Both the position numbers and the translations under genes were made by a program. DNA of 64,000 nt from an uncultured Gammaproteobacteria bacterium (lineage in GTDB: Bacteria; Patescibacteriota; Patescibacteriia; Magasanikbacterales; GWA2-37-8): contig CAZHYJ010000001.1 in the NCBI GenBank assembly GCA_964536725.1, forward strand, positions 121,081 to 185,080, read 5' to 3'. How positions within the stretch are numbered: position 1 is the stretch's first letter; every line of letters begins with the position of its first letter. Shown in pieces: positions 57,472 through 64,000 of this stretch. The notes under the pieces were generated by a model that was not told the DNA's origin, did no database searches, and saw nothing but the letters and a program-made list of their open reading frames with translations.

Positions 57472-58692
57472 ATGTCCGAGATTACAAAGGCAATTCAAGC
57501 GTTGTGTGACGAAAAGGGTTTGTCGTATGATGCAGTAATGGAAACGATTGAATCGGCGTTGGCCGCTGCTTATCGTAAGGATTTTGGTAATAAACAGCAA
57601 AATATCAAGGTAAAATTTGATCCTGAAACTGGCGATATGCAGGCTTGGGATATAAAAACTGTGGTGGAAGATATCGAGGAAGAGGTGCTAGAAAAGGCCC
57701 AAGAAGAGGCTAACGCTCGTCGTGAGAAAGCACGCGAAGAGGGGCGTGATTTGACTCCGGAAGAATTGGAAGATTTGCCAAAGTTCAACCCTAAAACTGA
57801 AATGATGTTAACTGCTGCCAAAGAGGTGAGTAAAAAAGCTAAGGTGGGAGAAGTCTTGGAAATTGTTTTGGAAATTCCAGGTTCTTTTGGAAGAATGGCA
57901 GCCCAAACCGCTAAACAGGTAATTATCCAAAAAATTCGTGAAGCGGAACGCTCTTCAGTGTTTGATGACTTCAAGAAACAAGAAGGTCAAATTATCGTTG
58001 GTACTATCCAACGAGCGGAGAACCGCAAAGTGTTGATTGACTTGGGTAAAATTACTGGTATTTTGTTGTTTGAAGAACAGATTGCCCGCGAACAATATCG
58101 CCCAGGTGCGCGTATGAAGTTTTTTGTCCTATCTGTCGGTATGACCGTGCGTGGTCCAGAGATTGTTTTGTCTCGCGCTAACGGCGGAATGGTAAAAGAA
58201 ATTTTCCGTCAAGAAATTCCAGAAATTGAAAGCGGTTCGGTAGAAATTAAAGGTGTAGCACGTGATGCTGGTTGGCGTTCGAAGGTGGCAGTAGCGACCG
58301 ATGACGGAGCAATCGATCCAGTAGGCGCCTGTATCGGTCAGCGTGGTGCACGTATCAATACTATTATCGAAGAATTGGGTGGAGAAAAAATTGATATTAT
58401 CACTTGGAGTGAAAAGGCAGAAGAGTATATTGCCAAATCACTTTCTCCTGCTAAAGTGTTACATGTAAAATTAAACGATGTAGAAAAGACCGCTGAAGTA
58501 TTTGTTGCTCCTGATCAATTCTCTTTAGCAATTGGTCGCAACGGTCAGAACGTACGCTTGGCTTCTGAGTTGACTGGTTGGCGTCTTAATGTAAAAGAAG
58601 AGGGTGGTAGTCTAGAGATGTCGAGTGACGATGCTGTTGTCCCAGCAGAAATTGCCGACGAGTCAAAAGATGAGGTTGAAGAAAGTAAATAA
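57472..58692 (+). CDS. nusA: transcription termination/antitermination factor NusA
   Basis: N-terminal domain, S1, and two KH domains (GACIGQRGARI; AIGRNGQNVRLASELTG). Confidence 0.85.
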   Translation: MSEITKAIQALCDEKGLSYDAVMETIESALAAAYRKDFGNKQQNIKVKFDPETGDMQAWDIKTVVEDIEEEVLEKAQEEANARREKAREEGRDLTPEELEDLPKFNPKTEMMLTAAKEVSKKAKVGEVLEIVLEIPGSFGRMAAQTAKQVIIQKIREAERSSVFDDFKKQEGQIIVGTIQRAENRKVLIDLGKITGILLFEEQIAREQYRPGARMKFFVLSVGMTVRGPEIVLSRANGGMVKEIFRQEIPEIESGSVEIKGVARDAGWRSKVAVATDDGAIDPVGACIGQRGARINTIIEELGGEKIDIITWSEKAEEYIAKSLSPAKVLHVKLNDVEKTAEVFVAPDQFSLAIGRNGQNVRLASELTGWRLNVKEEGGSLEMSSDDAVVPAEIADESKDEVEESK

Positions 58693-58698
58693 AATATT

Positions 58699-59442
58699 AT
58701 GTCATCAATTTTTAACACAATTCTGTTTCAACCTTTATTCAATATTTTTGTTGGTCTATACAATCTTGTGCCGGGCCACGATGTTGGTGTGGTAATTTTG
58801 ATTATCACTGTATTGATTCGTTTAGTTTTGTATCCGCTAACCAATCACTCGATCAAATCACAAAAAGCAATGCAAGAGTTACAACCTAAACTGGAAGAGA
58901 TTAAAAAACAATATGCTGGTGATCAACAGAAGCAGGCGCAAGCTACAATGGAGTTGTATAAAACTGGCAAAGTAAATCCATTGGCTTCTTGTTTGCCACT
59001 ATTAATTCAGTTGCCGATTTTGATCGCGCTGTATTGGGTGTTTTCTTCTAGTTTAGATGCCAAGACAATCGCCAAGACTTTACAAGACAACCTCTATCCT
59101 TTTATCGCCAATCCTGGTTCAATTAACCCGGTAACGATGTGGGTATTCAATTTGGCAGTAGCTAGTCCGGTGCTGGCAGTTTTGGCCGGCGCCGCCCAAT
59201 ATTTGCAGGCTAAAACAATGATGAAAAAAACTCCGGCAGTTGCTACGACTGATGCTCCAAGCAAAGAACAGAGCATGGCTTCGATGATGAACAAACAGAT
59301 GTTGTATTTCATGCCAGCCTTAACAGTTTTGATCGGTTTTAGTTTGCCTGCTGGTTTGACCTTGTATTGGTTCTGGAGTACATTATTGATGGCGGGACAA
59401 CAGTGGTTGGTCAATCGAATTACTCCTGAAAAAAAATCTTAA
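58699..59442 (+). CDS. yidC: membrane protein insertase YidC (short Oxa1-like form)
   Basis: 247 aa with 5 TM helices and the conserved LPLLIQLPILIALY region. Confidence 0.7.
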   Translation: MSSIFNTILFQPLFNIFVGLYNLVPGHDVGVVILIITVLIRLVLYPLTNHSIKSQKAMQELQPKLEEIKKQYAGDQQKQAQATMELYKTGKVNPLASCLPLLIQLPILIALYWVFSSSLDAKTIAKTLQDNLYPFIANPGSINPVTMWVFNLAVASPVLAVLAGAAQYLQAKTMMKKTPAVATTDAPSKEQSMASMMNKQMLYFMPALTVLIGFSLPAGLTLYWFWSTLLMAGQQWLVNRITPEKKS

Positions 59443-59446
59443 AAAT

Positions 59447-59710
59447 ATGTTAATGGACTGGCGCAAGGTAAATGGTTTGCCGGTTTATACAGTCTCTGGT
59501 AGTAAATTAGGAAAAATATCATCGGTTGTTTTTGATATTGATTCAAATGTAGTTTTTCAATATGAAGTGCGAACGCGCCCTATTGGCGGTCGCACTTTTT
59601 TAATTAATCCAAGCCAGATCGTGGAGTGGGGTGGCGACAAAGTTGTTGTTGAGGATAGCATATCGAAAGATTTTTCACCCATTAGTTTGGCTAGTGATGT
59701 TAACGCTTAA
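59447..59710 (+). CDS. small PRC-barrel-like protein (YlmC/YmxH-like)
   Basis: 87 aa with a G..LG.I.....D.......Y pattern, assigned with low confidence. Confidence 0.35.
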   Translation: MLMDWRKVNGLPVYTVSGSKLGKISSVVFDIDSNVVFQYEVRTRPIGGRTFLINPSQIVEWGGDKVVVEDSISKDFSPISLASDVNA

Positions 59711-59714
59711 ATAT

Positions 59715-60539
59715 ATGGTAGATAAAATGGAAACAGAGGCGGGGTATTTCAGCAATGAAAAAACGGGGGACAAAGAAATATCAAAAGGCGATCAAAGTGC
59801 CTGGCAGGGCATTCCTGGGTTAACAGAATATCGACATATTGATCGCATTCGTAAGGATCGAATCAATCGTTGGCTCGGGCCAGACGGCGCAGCGGTGGCG
59901 ACGGAGGAATTTGATTGGAATAAATCATTTGCCCCGGTGATTGAGCAGCTGAGCCGAGTAAAAGAGGAGGAGTTGCTGGCGCAAAAACAAGCCGAGGCCG
60001 AAAAGGAGGGGGTAGATGTGTCTGATGTAATGAAGAGAGCAGAGATTGCGCACCAAGTAAGCGCTGAAGTCGCTGATGAATTTAGTGATGTTAATGCTTT
60101 ATATAATACAATTAGCAAGAACCGTGAACGATTGAAGATAATAGCAGGAGGTGTTCCGCCTGAGTTCCAAAATTTGGCGGGCGTTAAGGGGGCGGATAAT
60201 TATTTCCTTGTGCAAGGTGGATCGCGCGCGGATAATGAAAAGGAGGTTTTCACAAATTTAGAGAGCCTGAACAATGCCGGAGGTAACATTAAATTGGATC
60301 GGATTTTTTCGCACTTGGGTGGTGTGACTGAGGGGCATGGTGACAAGGATTTTTTTGGTTGGAAATTAACTGTGGGTGGCCACGAATTTGTTTTTGTCTG
60401 GAATCCAGATGAGAGTGATGATAAAGAAGGTTCTAAGAAAGATGTTCTGGGCAAAGAGGTGCCTGAGCAAGAAGTTGACGGGGGAGATAAAAATCCGAGC
60501 GACAGTGAACAGGCAGATGAATTCAAAATAGCCGCTTAG
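59715..60539 (+). CDS. hypothetical acidic protein; start refined from the listed 59631 ORF to the ATG at 59715, after the stop of the preceding gene
   Basis: 274 aa, rich in Glu, Asp and Gly, with no recognisable motif. Confidence 0.3.
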   Translation: MVDKMETEAGYFSNEKTGDKEISKGDQSAWQGIPGLTEYRHIDRIRKDRINRWLGPDGAAVATEEFDWNKSFAPVIEQLSRVKEEELLAQKQAEAEKEGVDVSDVMKRAEIAHQVSAEVADEFSDVNALYNTISKNRERLKIIAGGVPPEFQNLAGVKGADNYFLVQGGSRADNEKEVFTNLESLNNAGGNIKLDRIFSHLGGVTEGHGDKDFFGWKLTVGGHEFVFVWNPDESDDKEGSKKDVLGKEVPEQEVDGGDKNPSDSEQADEFKIAA

Positions 60540-60540
60540 C

Positions 60541-60618
60541 TATTTTCAAAACTTTCATTGAGGAGCTTAGGGAGTCTCGCGACGACCGCGGCTCTGAAAT
60601 GAAAGTTTTGAAAAGATA
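60541..60618. repeat. nested-palindrome intergenic repeat, copy 3 (subfamily II)
   Basis: Outer inverted repeat ttttcaaaactttcat / atgaaagttttgaaaa encloses the core tgaggagcttagggagtctcgcgacgaccgcggctctga, which is the reverse complement of the copy 4 core at about 85% identity. Confidence 0.65.
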
Positions 60619-60624
60619 AAACCT

Positions 60625-61590
60625 ATGAATACTGACGCTCTCGAAAAAACAATTTTACGAACTCTTGTGTATTTTGATATTTTTTCTTTACCCTTAAAAG
60701 GCGAGGAACTTTTTAATTTTCTTTGGCGCCCGCCGGCTTTGAATAAAAATGAATTTTTTTCTGGTCTGGAAATTTTAGTGGGACAAGGAAAGGTTGGTAG
60801 ACAAGATGGGTATTATTTTCTTCCCAACAAAGAATCGATTGTTAGTGACCACCTGATCAAAAAAGAAATCTGTGCAAAAAAAATGAAGCGAGCTAAGCGT
60901 GCCGCGCGGCTTTTGAGTTTTGTTCCTTTTTTGAATGCGATATTTTTGTGTAATAGTGTGGCGGCCGGTACGGCAACGGAAAAAAGTGATATTGATTTTT
61001 TAATTGTTGTTACTCCGGGTCGTTTGTGGTTAGTACGGGCGATAGTAAATTTTCTGTTACGATTAACTGGTAAACGCACCTATGGCAAAAAACTTGCCAA
61101 CCGAATTTGCTTATCTTTTTTTGTCGATGAAAAAAGTTTGGATTTTTCTAATTTACGTTCCACCGAAGAAGACATCCACTTTGCTTATTGGACTCACCAA
61201 ACTGTTCCGTTGTTTGACCCGTATTATCTCTGGCGTGAGTTTATCAAAGCAAATCAATGGACAGTACGATATTTGCCACATGTGCGGGACAACAAATGGA
61301 CACCGCCATTGGTGATGTTGGGTAATGGGAAAAGAATTTGGCGTCGGACATGGGAAAAATTTTGGACAGGTTGGTATGGTGATTTATTGGAGCGCCAAGC
61401 CGATGGTTTGGGACGGCAGGGGATGAAGTTGAGTCTAAAAGGAAAAGCGGAGTTGAACGATAAAGGAGTGGTATTGAGTAAAAAAGTAATTAAGTTACAT
61501 GAAGATGATAAACGATTGGCAGTGAGGGAAGAATGGGTTAAAAGATTGGATGCAGAAAAACAACAGGCATTCGCAATCTGCGAGGCTTAA
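60625..61590 (+). CDS. Pol-beta-superfamily nucleotidyltransferase (PF01909 NTP_transf_2-type motif) with N- and C-terminal extensions
   Basis: NSVAAGTATEKSDIDFLIVV matches the GS.ARG.AT..SDIDLLVV motif of minimal and aminoglycoside-type nucleotidyltransferases. At 321 aa it is too large for a minimal MNT. Confidence 0.55.
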   Translation: MNTDALEKTILRTLVYFDIFSLPLKGEELFNFLWRPPALNKNEFFSGLEILVGQGKVGRQDGYYFLPNKESIVSDHLIKKEICAKKMKRAKRAARLLSFVPFLNAIFLCNSVAAGTATEKSDIDFLIVVTPGRLWLVRAIVNFLLRLTGKRTYGKKLANRICLSFFVDEKSLDFSNLRSTEEDIHFAYWTHQTVPLFDPYYLWREFIKANQWTVRYLPHVRDNKWTPPLVMLGNGKRIWRRTWEKFWTGWYGDLLERQADGLGRQGMKLSLKGKAELNDKGVVLSKKVIKLHEDDKRLAVREEWVKRLDAEKQQAFAICEA

Positions 61591-61638
61591 GAGTACAGCC
61601 GATGAAAAAAGATTTGAATTGAGCAACACATAACTAGT

Positions 61639-62259
61639 ATGAACATTTACCTCGACGAATCATACAACCTACAAAAATCCAAAGGCAAAATGTTTATTAG
61701 TATTAATGGTTTTGCGGTTTTAGATGACCATGCACTTCGTAAACGCTGGAAAATGATTCGTAAGTCTTATTCCCAATCAAAACGCAGGATTCACGCTGTG
61801 GATTCTCATTTTGAAGAGTTAAGAGATAAAAGCATCAAACTACTTGATAAACATGATGTAAATATTCTGTCAGTGTTTCAATTGATTCAAGAAATCCCTT
61901 ATGATTATTTTGATAAAGAGGGTATGGATTTTGATTTTGTGTATATTGATTTACTAAAAAAATTATTTGTGGAATCAACTCTGGGAGAGTATCGAAAAGT
62001 TAAAATTATTATAGATGCACGAAAGCACAAGGGTGGAAAACTGGTGGAAAAAAAATTCCAAAAAGAAGTTGAGATTTTTCTTAAAAATCAATTTCCTCAC
62101 ACCAGCTGCATTTACAAAGCTACACCATCATACTTGGATATTCTGGTTGAATTAGCCGACTTTGTTTCCAATACTTTTTATAAAAGCTACCAAAATGATT
62201 CCGACCAAATATTTGAAAACATTAGTTTTAGATTAATACAAATCAAAAACCCGCTATAA
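61639..62259 (+). CDS. DUF3800-like hypothetical protein
   Basis: N-terminal MNIYLDES resembles the DUF3800 (Y/F)IDESG start motif; nothing else is recognisable. Confidence 0.35.
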   Translation: MNIYLDESYNLQKSKGKMFISINGFAVLDDHALRKRWKMIRKSYSQSKRRIHAVDSHFEELRDKSIKLLDKHDVNILSVFQLIQEIPYDYFDKEGMDFDFVYIDLLKKLFVESTLGEYRKVKIIIDARKHKGGKLVEKKFQKEVEIFLKNQFPHTSCIYKATPSYLDILVELADFVSNTFYKSYQNDSDQIFENISFRLIQIKNPL

Positions 62260-62273
62260 AAGCGGATTCTTAT

Positions 62274-62636
62274 AAAAGAGCCTTTTGGGAATGTCTTCGT
62301 TTCAACGGGATGTTCCTGGTAGAGAACGCCCTCCACGAAGCTTTACCCTAAGGACTTATCTTCTAAAGACATTATATCAAACCAACGGGCTTTTTGTCAA
62401 TAACTGCGGATTTACTTACGTATCATACCCTTAGCTTCATTGTGTGGTTGCAACCACAACCACAGGGTGTTGACACGGTTGCGATAGGGAGGTAAAATAT
62501 AGGCTCCAATGAAAAAGCTTAGAGATAGAGGCAGACGCTTTGGCCCGCCATCGTTTATGCTCACACCTAGACAGGCATGAGTTTAAACAAATATGGACGA
62601 CCGAAAGAGTTCGCCTCTATCCCTGGGCTTTTTTTA
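62274..62636 (+). ncRNA. candidate structured ncRNA of about 360 nt, possibly RNase P RNA (rnpB); identity unverified
   Basis: A non-coding, relatively GC-rich stretch ending in ccctgggc + T8. The 3' part CCTAGACAGGCATGAG...GGACGACCGAAAGAGTTCG resembles the bacterial RNase P CCTAGATGAATGACTG...CCACGACAGAACCCGGCTTA region, and a possible long-range helix joins 5' CCTGGTAGAG/AAAAGAGCC to 3' CTCTATCCCTGGGC. No convincing ORF covers it. Confidence 0.3.
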
Positions 62637-62718
62637 AATCCGTTAAAATTTGGTTGTGGATAATGCGTGGATAGGGTTTCTTGACAATCCATGATAATGT
62701 TGTAAAATGATAATGTTA

Positions 62719-62745
62719 TTATCACTCGAATAATTAGAGTGATAA
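62719..62745 (+). promoter_or_regulatory. CIRCE operator (HrcA binding site) upstream of groES
   Basis: TTATCACTC-N9-GAGTGATAA, against the consensus TTAGCACTC-N9-GAGTGCTAA. It sits 42 nt upstream of the groES start codon. Confidence 0.7.
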
Positions 62746-62786
62746 AAAGTCGGTTTAATTTATGTTTATTCTTAAACATTAAATAT

Positions 62787-64000
<1,214 letters not shown>

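Noticed and set aside
62464-62492. A TTGACA-N17-TAAAAT promoter-like hexamer pair inside the candidate ncRNA
   Set aside because: It could be real (a shorter sRNA), but it may equally be a chance match within a structured RNA. It is therefore not listed as a feature and is mentioned only in the finding.

Overview
This is a 64 kb AT-rich (about 38-40% GC by eye) bacterial chromosomal segment with tightly packed, frequently overlapping genes, about 60 of them supportable. Most are housekeeping: aminoacyl-tRNA synthetases (IleS C-terminus, PheST, LeuS), GatB, RuvA, DnaE, TsaD, IF-2, BipA, TruB, NusA, YidC, ribosomal protein L1, RNase Y, GroES/GroEL, MiaA/MiaB, RlmD, Fpg, HtpX/LemA, RseP, thioredoxin, glutamate dehydrogenase and ADP-forming acetyl-CoA synthetase. 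The content (ADP-forming ACS, short YidC, split ComEC, compact operons) suggests a small-genome, possibly CPR/Patescibacteria-like organism; that is inference only. Beyond the housekeeping set I found the following.

- **Candidate novel operon.** A compact operon at the left end carries two tandem D-Ala-D-Ala-ligase-family ATP-grasp enzymes followed by a KamA-family radical-SAM 2,3-aminomutase, with its own promoter and terminator. This is my best candidate for an undescribed small biosynthetic or modification system.
- **Thymidylate operon.** A complete dCMP deaminase / kinase / dUTPase / ThyA / DHFR / Tmk operon sits at 8.4-11.9 kb.
- **Pyruvate kinase pair.** A pyruvate-kinase catalytic core lacking its C-terminal domain is followed by a separate protein carrying a PEP-utilising phosphohistidine domain.
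- **Accessory segment.** An accessory-looking segment (33-39 kb) is bracketed by two HU-tRNA modules (tRNA-Met-CAT and tRNA-Glu-UUC). It contains a sharply GC-rich (~58%) islet of about 0.9 kb encoding a histidine-phosphatase-family protein, a methyltransferase, hypothetical genes and a modular repeated intergenic element.
- **Nested-palindrome repeats.** Four copies of a nested-palindrome intergenic repeat family are present, including one inserted between groES and groEL.
- **Split ComEC.** ComEC appears split, with a methyltransferase gene lying between the competence domain and a separately encoded MBL domain.
- **Defence-like pair.** A PF01909-type nucleotidyltransferase is followed by a DUF3800-like gene.
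- **Candidate ncRNA.** A structured ncRNA of about 360 nt, possibly RNase P RNA, lies upstream of a CIRCE operator and groESL.

No CRISPR arrays, transposases or integrases were recognised.
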